A stretch of DNA of 64,000 nucleotides. Origin: Eledone cirrhosa (lineage: Eukaryota). The position numbers and the translations under genes are program-made. The notes under the pieces were generated by a model that had not been told where the DNA came from, did no database searches, and worked only from the letters and a program-made list of their open reading frames with translations. The stretch is taken from contig OZ024764.1 in NCBI GenBank assembly GCA_964016885.1, forward strand, positions 8,866,001 through 8,930,000, written 5' to 3'. Below are positions 1 to 13,808 of the stretch, piece by piece. The first letter of the stretch is position 1. Every line of letters starts with the position of its first letter.

Positions 1-430
1 AGTGTGGGCTGGGTGCTTTTTTGCCGTGGCACCTCCACGACCACCTTGCAGTGGGGGTTGTGGGGGCATATTGTCTATATGCTTCAGCTTGTACCCATGG
101 GAGGTCGGGTACTCTGTATTACTGCGTGACGCCAGAGGTCACGATATATATATATATATATTTGAAAAAAAGGAAAAGAATGACTTCACTTGTAGTTCTA
201 AATAATTTGATTTAATTTTATATTATAATAATATGAGTTGAAAGATCTACCAACTCATATTATTATAATAGTATAAAATTAAATCAAATTTTTTAACACT
301 ACAAGTGAAGTCATTCTTTTCCTTTTTTTTCAAATATATGTCCCACCCTTGCAAGCAGGGAAAAGCAGACATAAAATGAAATGATGATGATGATGATGAT
401 ACCTAACTGTACCATAGATCTCACACATTT

Positions 431-435
<5 letters not shown>

Positions 436-518
<83 letters not shown>
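436..518. repeat. (AT)n microsatellite
   Basis: Pure AT run. Confidence 0.95.
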
Positions 519-524
<6 letters not shown>

Positions 525-695
525 AGTATGGTGTGTTTATGTGGTTTGTAGTGGTTTGTAGTGTAATATGCTAATATATATACTAACATGCTGGTTTCGA
601 TACCTTAACTCATAAACTAAATATATGTGTGTAGACATAGACATATATATATATATATATGTGTCTACACATATATATATATATATATATGTGTA

Positions 696-962
696 GACAC
701 ATGATCTAGTGGTAAGGGTGTTGGACTTACGATCATAATTTTGTGGGTTCGATTCCCGGGCTGTGTGTTGTGTTCTTGAGCAAGACACTTCATTTCACAT
801 TGCTCCAGTATACTCAGCTGAAAATGAGTACCAGCAATAGCTGGAAGTCTAACCCTGCGATGGACTGGTGTCCTGCCCAGGGGGGAGTCTTGTACTCTCA
901 GTCGCTTCATGCCATAAAACCAGGATAAGCACTGACCAAATGAGACTTCTGGCTTAAGATAG
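696..962 (+). mobile_element. tRNA-derived SINE (family A, CORE-like central domain)
   Basis: A-box-like TCTAGTGGTAAG and B-box GGTTCGATTCC, then TGTGTTCTTGAGCAAGACACTT shared with the copies at 13255 and 16420. Confidence 0.75.
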
Positions 963-964
963 AC

Positions 965-967
<3 letters not shown>

Positions 968-1005
<38 letters not shown>

Positions 1006-1010
1006 TTGTG

Positions 1011-1049
<39 letters not shown>

Positions 1050-1150
1050 ATGTATATATATATATATGTGTGTGTGTATGTGTACGTATGCATGTGTCAG
1101 TATACGTATCTGTGCCCACAAGTATGTGTATAGTTGCATGACAATGCATA

Positions 1151-1197
<47 letters not shown>

Positions 1198-1862
1198 GTA
1201 TATGCATGCACAGGTATGTATATGTGTGTATATATGCATGCCTATCAGTGTGTGTGTATAGTGTATTGAAATTTTAGCTTAAGTTTGATATATTTAATTA
1301 CATCTCTGTGTTGATAATTTATTAAGATATTTCATCCTTTCATTGAGATATCTAAGTATTAGAGAGAGATCACTTTTTAATTGACAAATATATATATATA
1401 TATGCATGAAAATAGACCGAGAAACGGGATTGTCCATCATCAGTGGTCTGCTGACTATCATTGGTATTTAATGCGAAGAAATACCAATGATGAAGGACTA
1501 AATTTATTCATATATATATATATAATATATATAATAATATATATATATATAATATATATAATAATATATAATATATATATATATAATATATATAATAATA
1601 TATAATATATATATATATATATATATAATAATATAATATATATATATAATAATATATATATATATAATAATATATAATATATATATATATATAATAATAT
1701 ATAATATATATATATATAATATATATATACCCACACATACACACACAATTAATTATATATGTATGTATATATGTAAACAATACAGACCAACACCACACAC
1801 CAGCTGTCTATATAATATAATACAGTTTACACATTAATTCACATTTATTTATGTATATATAT
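968..1862. repeat. compound AT/GT/ATA microsatellite tracts with short unique spacers
   Basis: Low-complexity runs at about 968-1265 and 1509-1775. Confidence 0.85.
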
Positions 1863-1920
1863 ATTTCGTTTCTGAATTTGTTTAGCAAGATTCTTTATCT
1901 GAAATCGTGTGTTGAAACCG

Positions 1921-2218
1921 ATATTGTTATACTTTGGGAGGGTCATGTTGCCAATAAGAAACACACACACCAGTTGCTTTCACTTCAATTTATTATAATA
2001 AATTTATAAATTTATAAATTTCTGGTTGGTTGGTTGGTTCACTAAAGAGGTCACAGAGTGTGTGACGAAAGAACTATGACAATATATAAACAACTCTCTG
2101 GTTGTGGAACCAACCAACCAACCAGAAATTTATAAATTTATAAATTTATTATAATAAATTGAAGTGAAAGCAACTGGTGCGTGTGTTTCTTATTGGCAAC
2201 ATGACCCTCCCAAAGTAT

Positions 2219-2226
<8 letters not shown>
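1921..2226. repeat. long inverted repeat: 120-bp arms, 66-bp spacer
   Basis: 1921-2040 is the reverse complement of 2107-2226, with one mismatch seen. Confidence 0.92.
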
Positions 2227-2314
<88 letters not shown>

Positions 2315-2435
2315 CTACCTACTTATCAACTCTAACAATTTCAACCGGTTTTCTGCGTGCCAGTAATCTTAAGTTGTTTCTTTACTGTAAATAAATGTTG
2401 TATATATATTTATAATAAAGTGTAGCTTGCTGGAA

Positions 2436-3538
2436 GTATTGTATATAATATATATACAATGTAGTGTATATAATATATATACAATGTAGTGTATATATAA
2501 TATATATACAATATAGTATATATAATATATATACAATGTATTGTATATATAATATATATACAATGTATTGTATATATAATATATATACAATGTATTGTAT
2601 ATATAATATATATACAATGTATTGTATATATATTGTATATACAATGTATTGTATATATATTGTATATACAATGTATTGTATATATATTATATATACAATG
2701 TATTGTATATATACTATATATACAATGTATTGTATATATAATATATATACAATGTAGTATATATAATATATATGCAATGTATTGTATATATAATATATAT
2801 GCAATGTATTGTATATATAATATATATACAATATATTGTATATATAATATATATACAATATATTGTATATATAATATATATACAATGTAGTATATAGAAT
2901 ATATATACAATGCATTGTATATATATATACAATGTAGTATATAGAATATATATACAATGCATTGTATATATATATACAATGTAGTATATATAATATATAT
3001 ACAATGTAGTATATATAATATATATACAATGTAGTATATATAATATATATACAATGTAGTGTATATATAATATATATACAATGTAGTATATATAATATAT
3101 ATACAATGTAGTGTATATATAATATATATACAATGTAGTGTATATATAATATATATACAATGTAGTGTATATATAATATATATACAATGTAGTGTATATA
3201 TAATATATATACAATGTATTGTATATATATTATATATACAATATAGTATATATAATATATATACAATGTAGTGTATATATAATATATATACAATGTAGTG
3301 TATATATAATATATATACAATGTAGTGTATATATAATATATATACAATGTAGTGTATATATAATATATATACAATGTAGTGTATATATAATATATATACA
3401 ATGTATTGTATATATATTATATATACAATATAGTATATATAATATATATACAATGTAGTGTATATATAATATATATACAATGTAGTGTATATATAATATA
3501 TATACAATGTAGTGTATATATAATATATATACAATATA
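2436..3538. repeat. AT-rich minisatellite (about 24-26 bp, TATATAATATATATACAATGTAGTG-type)
   Basis: Tandem units visible throughout. Confidence 0.92.
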
Positions 3539-3611
3539 ATGTGGGAAGTGATATAGGGTTAAATAATGCAAAATAGACGAGAAGATGAAGGTAACGAAAA
3601 AGTAAGTTACC

Positions 3612-5706
3612 TCTTTTACCCTTTTACCTGCTCCAGCCATCCGGCTGAGGCCAGGCTGGAGCACTGCCCTTGTTTCTACACGTTCTATCTCCAGCCATCC
3701 GGCTGAGGCCATGCTGGAGCACTGCCCTTGTTTCTACACGTTCTATCTCCAGCCATCCGGCTGAGGCCATGCTGGAGCACTGCCCTTGTTTCTACACGTT
3801 CTATCTCCAGCCATCCGGCTGAGGCCATGCTGGAGCACTGCCCTTGTTTCTACACGTTCTATCTCCAGCCATCCGGCTGAGGCCATGCTGGAGCACTGCC
3901 CTTGTTTCTACACGTTCTATCTCCAGCCATCCGGCTGAGGCCATGCTGGAGCACTGCCCTTGTTTCTACACGTTCTATCTCCAGCCATCCGGCTGAGGCC
4001 ATGCTGGAGCACTGCCCTTGTTTCTACACGTTCTATCTCCAGCCATCCGGCTGAGGCCATGCTGGAGCACTGCCCTTGTTTCTACACGTTCTATCTCCAG
4101 CCATCCGGCTGAGGCCATGCTGGAGCACTGCCCTTGTTTCTACACGTTCTATCTCCAGCCATCCGGCTGAGGCCATGCTGGGGCACTGCCCTTGTTTCTA
4201 CACGTTCTATCTCCAGCCATCCGGCTGAGGCCATGCTGGAGCACTGCCCTTGTTTCTACACGTTCTATCTCCAGCCATCCGGCTGAGGCCATGCTGGAGC
4301 ACTGCCCTTGTTTCTACACGTTCTATCTCCAGCCATCCGGCTGAGGCCAGGCTGGAGCACTGCCCTTGTTTCTACACGTTCTATCTCCAGCCATCCGGCT
4401 GAGGCCATGCTGGAGCACTGCCCTTGTTTCTACACGTTCTATCTCCAGCCATCCGGCTGAGGCCATGCTGGAGCACTGCCCTTGTTTCTACACGTTCTAT
4501 CTCCAGCCATCCGGCTGAGGCCAGGCTGGAGCACTGCCCTTGTTTCTACACGTTCTATCTCCAGCCATCCGGCTGAGGCCATGCTGGAGCACTGCCCTTA
4601 TTTCTACACGTTCTATCTCCAGCCATCCGGCTGAGGCCATGCTGGAGCACTGCCCTTGTTTCTACACGTTCTATCTCCAGCCATCCGGCTGAGGCCATGC
4701 TGGAGCACTGCCCTTGTTTCTACACGTTCTATCTCCAGCCATCCGGCTGAGGCCATGCTGGAGCACTGCCCTTGTTTCTACACGTTCTATCTCCAGCCAT
4801 CCGGCTGAGGCCATGCTGGAGCACTGCCCTTGTTTCTACACGTTCTATCTCCAGCCATCCGGCTGAGGCCAGGCTGGAGCACTGCCCTTGTTTCTACACG
4901 TTCTATCTCCAGCCATCCGGCTGAGGCCATGCTGGAGCACTGCCCTTATTTCTACACGTTCTATCTCCAGCCATCCGGCTGAGGCCATGCTGGAGCACTG
5001 CCCTTATTTCTACACGTTCTATCTCCAGCCATCCGGCTGAGGCCATGCTGGAGCACTGCCCTTGTTTCTACACGTTCTATCTCCAGCCATCCGGCTGAGG
5101 CCATGCTGGAGCACTGCCCTTGTTTCTACACGTTCTATCTCCAGCCATCCGGCTGAGGCCATGCTGGAGCACTGCCCTTGTTTCTACACGTTCTATCTCC
5201 AGCCATCCGGCTGAGGCCATGCTGGAGCACTGCCCTTGTTTCTACACGTTCTATCTCCAGCCATCCGGCTGAGGCCAGGCTGGAGCACTGCCCTTGTTTC
5301 TACACGTTCTATCTCCAGCCATCCGGCTGAGGCCATGCTGGAGCACTGCCCTTGTTTCTACACGTTCTATCTCCAGCCATCCGGCTGAGGCCATGCTGGA
5401 GCACTGCCCTTGTTTCTACACGTTCTATCTCCAGCCTGTGTTGGCTGGCCATTGGTGTAAGAAGGAGTTCGTTGCTGCTTCTGCCCTTATGTTACCTTCG
5501 TACCATGCTGTGGGTTCATCCAGAACCCTGGATAGCAGGGTGTCAAGATGTTTCTTGAAAACATCCACGGCCACACCATGCAGATCTCTCAAATTCCTTG
5601 GCAGCTCGTTGAAGAGCTGAGGGCCCTTGAACCCCAGGCTATTGCAGTATCTGCTCCTTATTCTAGATGTGGAAGACGGGACCTTTGGCACCACACAGTG
5701 ACGTCC
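3612..5706 (-). mobile_element. 5'-truncated LINE (CR1/L2-group-like ORF2 C-terminus, 3' UTR and GGTAAAAG tail)
   Basis: The minus strand encodes GRHCVVPKVP..GPQLFNELPRNLRDLHGVAVDVFKKHLDTLLSRVLDEP..RAEAATNSFLHQ..* (5425-5706), typical of invertebrate LINE ORF2 ends. The tail reads GGTAAAAGGGTAAAAGAG. Clade assignment is tentative. Confidence 0.8.
3631..5436. repeat. 58-bp tandem array (about 31 copies) derived from the LINE 3' end
   Basis: Unit CTCCAGCCATCCGGCTGAGGCCATGCTGGAGCACTGCCCTTGTTTCTACACGTTCTAT, near-identical copies. Confidence 0.97.
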
Positions 5707-6009
5707 TGGTAACCTTCGTTTTGCTTTTTTTTTGCTGTTGTTTCTTTCATCTTAACTATATATATAGCGTATTTCCTGGCGCTGAAGGCGCTTCGTCCTT
5801 GAGGACACACCCCAAGTTTGACAACCAAAAATTTGAAAAAAAAAAAAATAATAATAATAATAAACCTTTGGCCTTCAGGATGTATGGTAGATTTTTAGAC
5901 TTATCTAAGGAAAAAAGTAGCGTTTTCGACGATATCTTCTTCCTCGTTCACTTATTCCTGAGAGAATCGTGGGGGCAGAGTCCTCAAACATTCCCTCATG
6001 TGGGTCCTG

Positions 6010-6270
6010 TCAGAAGCAACCCTCTCCAACTGATCCTGTCTTCAATTCTGTTTTCATGGCTACCCTGACCTATGGTCACGAATCTTGGGTAATGGGGTAA
6101 TGACCAAAAGAATACGATCGCAAATACAATCGGCCGAAATGGGATTCCTCCAAAGGGCCACTGGAGTAAAGTCACTTGACTTGATGAAGTGTGTAGCTCA
6201 GAGATCAGAGGGTCACTCCAGGTAGAGCCACTACTTCTCTGAGATCACAGCTCCGATACTACTACATGTA
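6010..6270 (+). mobile_element. degraded RTE-X/Expander-like LINE fragment
   Basis: Translates to VFNSVFMATLTYGHESWVM/TKRIRSQIQSAEMGFLQRATGVKSLD..SSEIRGSLQVEPLLL, the post-RT motif of RTE-X (PTLTYGHELWVMTER..IQAAEMSFLRR). Frameshifted by a GGGTAATG duplication. Confidence 0.8.
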
Positions 6271-6627
6271 TATATTGTATATATCTATATATATATATGT
6301 ACTATATGTATATATATATATATATATAGTAATAATAATTATGAAGACAAAATCCGAAGAGATTTTGATAAGGATTGTATGTTTATATATAATAATAATA
6401 ATAATAATGAAATTATTGTGTAAAGTGCTCAGGTGCACTACAACTCATCAAAGGTGCATGTATAGTACATAGAATAATGTACAAATGTCAGGAAAATGAA
6501 CAGTGTACGAGTCATGATATAATAACAATAACAATAATGAAATATTGTGTACAGTGCCCAGGTGCACCACAACTCATCAAAAAAGTGCATGTACAGTACA
6601 TAGGGCAATGCACAAACATATATATAT

Positions 6628-6875
6628 ATCATTCATCATCATCATTTCATTTTATGTCCGCTTTTCCCTGCTTGCAAGGGTGGGACGGGAACTGATTCTG
6701 GCTTGATTTCTACAGCTGGATGCCCTTCCTAACACCAACCTCATTTACAGTGAGTGCTGGGTGCTTTTTTGCCGTGGCACCTCCACGACCACTTTGCAGT
6801 GGAATGATAGGGACCCCAGTCCCTATCATCTCATTTCTACAGCTGAGTAAACTGGAGCAATGTGAAATAAAGTGT
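6628..6875 (-). mobile_element. SINE family A, truncated copy
   Basis: (CAT)n tail and a body nearly identical to 13255-13460. Confidence 0.75.
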
Positions 6876-7009
6876 CTGAGTTCAAATCCTGCTGAGGTTA
6901 ACTTTGCCTTTCATCCTTACGGGGTCGATAAAATAAAGTACCAGTAATGCACTGGGTAATTGCTGGCCTTGTGCCTAAAGTAGAAACAATTATTAGTACA
7001 GATTAAAGG

Positions 7010-7865
7010 TTAATCCTTTACCATTTACATTACTCTATATATACTATTGTATTTTCACAGTCAAGGCTTTACCTCACATAACATTTACATTACTCTATAT
7101 ATACTATTGTATTTTCACAGTAAAGGCTTTACCTCACATAATATCTCACATACCATTTACATTACTCTATATATACTATTGTATTTTCACAGTAAAGGCT
7201 TTACCTCACATAATATCTCACATAACATTTACATTACTCTATATATACTATTGTATTTTCACAGTAAAGGCTTTACCTCACATAATATCTCACATAACAT
7301 CTACATTACTCTATATATACTATTGTATTTTCACAGTAAAGGCTTTACCTCACATAATATCTCACATAACATTTACATTACTCTATATATACTATTGTAT
7401 TTTCACAGTAAAGGCTTTACCTCACATAATATCTCACATAACATTTACATTACTCTATATATACTATTGTATTTTCACAGTAGAGGCTTTACCTCACATA
7501 ATATCTCACATAACATTTACATTACTCTATATATACTATTGTATTTTCACAGTCAAGGCTTTACCTCACATAATATCTCACATAACATCTACATTACTCT
7601 ATATATACTATTGTATTGTCACAGTAAAGGCTTTACCTCACATAATATCTCACATAACATTTACATTACTCTATATATACTATTATATTTTTGTGGTAAA
7701 GGCTTTACCTCACATAATATCGAATCTATGAGATTTTCAAAGTATTTATTTTGAGAACAATACCGTAACATCAGTGTGAGCAGCTAGCTAGTTACAACCG
7801 GTTTGAACCGAAAGAGGGGAGAGAGCTCTGGCTGGATATAACCGGTTTAAATGCTAAAGGGTTAA
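7010..7865 (+). mobile_element. piggyBac-type non-autonomous element with internal 72-bp tandem array
   Basis: Ends TTAA-TCCTTTACCATTTA and TAAATGCTAAAGGG-TTAA. About 10 internal units of CATTTACATTACTCTATATATACTATTGTATTTTCACAGTAAAGGCTTTACCTCACATAATATCTCACATAA. Confidence 0.8.
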
Positions 7866-8011
7866 GCAACGAATCTTCTGAAATTATATATATATAGTCC
7901 TATGATGAAAGAAACAACAAAAACGAAAGGATTACCAAGTAACTTACTTTTTTCACTATCTTCATCTTATCGTCCATTTTGCATCGTTTAGCCTTCTATC
8001 TCTTTCCACAT

Positions 8012-8969
<958 letters not shown>

Positions 8970-9057
8970 TAATTAGTGAGTGACTAGATATAGATTAAGA
9001 CTCGTTACAGTTGCAGCCACTAACGACACCTCCGCTTAATTATCTATTTATGCTATT

Positions 9058-9275
9058 AGGGCAGTGGATTGGCAGAATCGGTAGAGCGTCGGATACCCTG
9101 CTTCGCAGCAGAGTTACGTCCCTTTACGATCTGAGTTCAAATCCCGCCGAGGTTAACTTTGCCTTTCATCCTTACGGGGTCGATAAAATAAAGTACCAGT
9201 AATGCACTGGGGGTTCAATTTTATTGACTTGCCCTTCCAAAATTGCTGGCCTTGTGCCTATAATAGAAATGATTG
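9058..9275 (+). mobile_element. tRNA-derived SINE (family B)
   Basis: GGCAGTGGATTGGCAGAATCGGTAGAGCG head, B-box GAGTTCAAATCC, core GCCTTTCATCCTTACGGGGTCGATAAAATAAAGTACCAG. Further copies at 6876, 10609-11610, 15332 and 17745. Confidence 0.8.
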
Positions 9276-9305
9276 TTAATGTTGTTGTTGTTGTTGTTGT
9301 TGTAG

Positions 9306-9402
9306 GACCAGGAGAGACAGCTCCACTTTCGACAGCAGGCACACAGGCTGATTGCTGAGGTGAGAGCAGACCTGGAGAAGCAGAGTGGGTATGTGTCTGT
9401 AG
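9306..9402 (+). CDS. EHBP1: EHBP1 exon (phase 0 to 1): [32 protein letters not shown]
   Basis: Acceptor (GTT)n-TGTAG, donor AG|GTAAGT. Resembles the EHBP1 'ERxxQLRERARQLIAEAR' coiled-coil motif. Confidence 0.8.
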
Positions 9403-12400
9403 GTAAGTAATGGTGGTGTGGGTATAATGTGTCTAGTTAAGTAATGGTGGTGGTGGTGTATGAGTGGAGCACTGTAGTGGTGGTGGTGGTGTGGGTATAA
9501 TGTGTCTAGGTAAGTAATGGTGGTGGTGGTGGTGGGTATGTGTCTGGAGGTAAGTGGTGGTGGTGGTGGTGAGTATGTGTCTGTAGGTAAGTGGTGGTGG
9601 TGGGTATGTGTCTGTAGGTAAGTGGTGGTGGTGAGTATGTGTCTGTAAGTAAGTGGTGGTGGTGGTGGTGTATGAGTGGAGCGGTGTGGTGGTGGTGTGG
9701 GTATAATGTGTCTGTAGGTAAGTGGTGGTGGTGGTGGTGGTGTATGAGTGTAGTGGTGGTGTGGGTATAATGTGTCTGTAGGTAAGTGGTGGAGTGGTGT
9801 GGTGGTGGTGTGGGTATAATGTGTCTGTAGGTAAGTGGTGGTGGTGTATGAGTGGAGCAGTGTAGTGGTGGTGGTGTGGATATAATGTGTCTGTAAGTAA
9901 GTGGTGGTGTATGAGTGGAGCGGTGTAGTGGTGTGGGTATAATGTGTCTGTAGGTAAGTGGTGGTGTTTCTTGTTGTGTCCACAACAATGTCAGCTACAA
10001 AGCTTGGCTAGATGTGGTTCCACCACAGCTGAACACATTGCTGTCCTTTCTCGTTAAACTCTGCCAAGTCCAATACTGTCCAGGGGTGTTCCAGCAGGGG
10101 ACATATCAGGAGGTGCTGTGTAGGCTGTGGTTCAACATCCCCATCCTTTAAAGCATTGTTTCCCAAAGTGGCCGCTACCCCCCCCCCCCTGGGGACGTCA
10201 AATGATGATGATGATACATATATATTTTGTCTACCGATGTATTATGTATATATGATGTATATACAATTGCTGTGTATATAATATTGACCCCTAACTCACG
10301 TCATATTTTAAATTATAATTTTCAGAAAGGGATCTTGAGAATAACACCAAATTCCAGCCCCTAAAACTTAAAAGGTTGTCCCTAACCAAACCAAACATCA
10401 ACCTGAGTCCTGTTTCATCCCTTGGACCGACAGATACTACAGAAGAGAATCAACACATCCCTCAGGTAACTATTGGCGACCCATAACCCTCTTGTCGCTG
10501 ATTGAGTAATCTCCCCTTAATGTATAACACAGAATAAAGGGAAGTAATTCATTAAAAAATTCAGCCTCTAGAAAGTTAAAAGATATCTCTTATTATTATT
10601 ATTATTAGTTCTGAGTTCAAATCCTGCCGAGGTTAACTTTGCCTTTCGTCCTTACGGGGTCGATAAAATAAAGTACCAGTAATGTACTGGATAATTGCTG
10701 GCCTTGAGCCAAAAGAAGAAACAATTATTATTAGGGCAGTGGATTGGCAGTATCGGTAGATAGTCGGACGCCATGCTTTGCAGCATAGAGTTACGGCCCT
10801 TTAGGATCAGAGTTCAAATCCCGCCGAGGTTAACTTTGCCTTTCATCATTACGGGGTCGATAAAATAAAGTACCAGTAATGCACTGGGATAATTGCTGGC
10901 CTTGTGCCAAACGTAGAAACAATTATTATTAGGGCAGTGGATTGGCAGTATCGGTAGATAGTCGGACGCCATGCTTTGCAGCATAGAGTTACGGCCCTTT
11001 AGGATCAGAGATCAAATCCCGCCGAGGTTAACTTTGCCTTTCATCCTTACGGGGTCGATAAAACAAAGTACCAGTAATGTACTGAGGTCGATTTAATCGA
11101 CTTTCTTCTCTCCCCCCCCCCCCCCCCCCAAATTACTGACCTTGTGCCCATATAAGAAACCATTATTATGTGGCAGGGGATTGGCAGTATCAGTGGAGAG
11201 TCGGAGGCCATGATTTGCAGCATAGAGTTACTGCCCTTTACGTTCTGTATTCAAATCCCACCAGGGTTAATTTTGACTTTCAACCTTACAAGGTCGATAA
11301 AATAAAGTACCAGTCACGCACTGGGGTCGATTTAATCGACTTTTCCCTTCCCCCCAAATTACTGGCCTTGTGCCTATACGAGAAATCGTTGTTATTGGAG
11401 AGGTGGATTAGCAGTATAATTGGTAGAGCGTCGGTCAACATGCTTCACGGTGTAGAGTTAAGGCCCTTTACGCTTTGAGTTCAAATGCCGCCGAAGTTAG
11501 CTTGCCTTTCATCCTTTCAGGGGTTCATAAAATAAAGTACCAGTAATGCACTGGGTTGATTTAATCAACTTACCCCCTTCCCTTCAAATTGCTGGCCTTG
11601 TGCCAAATTATTTATTATTATTATTATATCTTTGCCTTTCATCCTTCTGGGGTCGATAGAATAAAGTACCAGTAATGCACTGGGTTGATTTAATCAACTT
11701 ACCCCCTTCCCTTCAAATTGCTGGCCTTGTGCCAAATTATTTATTATTATTATTATTATATCTTTGCCTTTCATCCTTCTGGAGTCGATAGAATAAAGTA
11801 CCAGTAATGCACTGGGTTGATTTAATCAACTTACCCCCTTCCCTTCAAATTGCTGGCCTTGTGCCAAATTATTTATTATTATTATTATTATATCTTTGCC
11901 TTTCATCCTTCTGGGGTCGATAGAATAAAGTACCAGTAATGCACTGGGTTGATTTAATCAACTTACCCCCTTCCCTTCAAATTGCTGGCCTTGTGCCAAA
12001 TTATTTATTATTATTATTATATCTTTGCCTTTCATCCTTCCGGGGTCGATAGAATAAAGTACCAGTAATGCACTGGGTTGATTTAATCAACTTACCCCCT
12101 TCCCTTCAAATTGCTGGCCTTGTGCCAAATTATTTATTATTATTATTATTATATCTTTGCCTTTCATCCTTCTGGAGTCGATAGAATAAAGTACCAGTAA
12201 TGCACTGGGTTGATTTAATCAACTTACCCCCTTCCCTTCAAATTGCTGGCCTTGTGCCAAATTATTTATTATTATTATTATTATTATATCTTCATCCTTC
12301 CGGGGTCGATAGAATAAAGTACCAGTAATGCACTGGGTAATTGCTGGCCTTGTGCCAAAAGTAGAAACAATTATTATTATAATATCTCCTACTTCCGTTT

Positions 12401-13754
12401 CTCTATATTTCAGTCAACCCCACACGAAGATGATAGTTTAGAAAACCAAAACAATCTTCTAAATGTACCTGGTTTCTCCGAAGGTAAGAGGTCTCCCTCT
12501 CTTTCTATACTATCTCCAAACCAATCCTCTCTTTTTCTGATGAAGGACGAACATCAGAAACGAGAAGATTCTTTTTTATTTTTCATTATTCTTTTTCAGC
12601 TTTAAACAAACACACTGTTGTTGCAATGTGTTGTTCGCTCTGGTGCTGACATTTTCATTTTTTATTTGTATCATATATATACATATATACGTGGCATGGC
12701 AATAAAGTCTTTAGAATAACCCTTTAAATGAAAATGCACAACATATTGAAACTAAAATTTATGTATTCTACAAAACAATCTCCATTGAATGTAATAACAT
12801 CTTTACAGTCCTTATGCAAAGCATTTAACTCTTTCTGGAACCATTCCTTTGGCAATTGTCAACCACTGCAACAATTCATCTACCACCTCTTCTAATGAAG
12901 TAAAAACAACTTTTCAAAGGTGTTGCTTTAATAATTTGAACACCCAACGGTCACACAAATTTAAGTCTGGACTATAGGGTGATAGTTTGATCATTGCCAC
13001 TCTTCTCCTCTGGAAAATATCTTTTGTAGATTGAGCAGTTTGATGTGTGGATTATAAACTCACAAGAATGACAACAAAATAATTATGTATTGGCCTGTGA
13101 CAAAATACATCATTCATACAGAATATTACACACGTACAACAAAGTTTAAATTCCAACTAATATTGACTACATTGACTGCTATATATGACACACAGCCTAC
13201 TATTGTAAAGACTTTTTTGCTATGCCAAGTATATATCTCTATATATATATCATCATCATCATTTTACGTCCGCTTTTCACTGCTTGCAAGGGTGGGACGG
13301 GAACTGATTCTGGCTTGATTTCTACAGCTGGATGCCCTTCCTAACATCAACCTCATTTACAGTGAGTGCTGGGTGCTTTTTTGCAGTGGAATGATAGGGA
13401 CCCCAGTCCCTATCATCTCATTTCTACAGCTGAATAAACTGGAACAATGTGAAATAAAGTGTCTTGCTCAAGGAAACAACACATCACCCGGTCTGAGAAT
13501 TGAACTCTTTCGATTGCAAGGCCAATGCTCTAACCACTAAGCCATGTGCCTCCACTATATATCTATATATATATCTATATATATATATATATATATATAC
13601 TAACATTAGTGTGTCTCTTTTCCATTTCAGATTGTTTATCAGATTCAGTGGCTTTCTGGGATTTATTGTCTTCATCATCACAAGAAGTGAGTATATACTC
13701 TATATATTTTTTTTATATATATATATATACACACTACATACATGCATACATACA

Positions 13755-13808
<54 letters not shown>

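Noticed and set aside
7047-7754. 235-aa repeat protein (also 18031-18626 and 28361-28810)
   Set aside because: Translation of the 72-bp MITE array, whose length is a multiple of 3.
10153-10200. hAT/Charlie-like terminus (CATTGTTTCCCAAAGTG)
   Set aside because: No matching opposite TIR or 8-bp TSD found.
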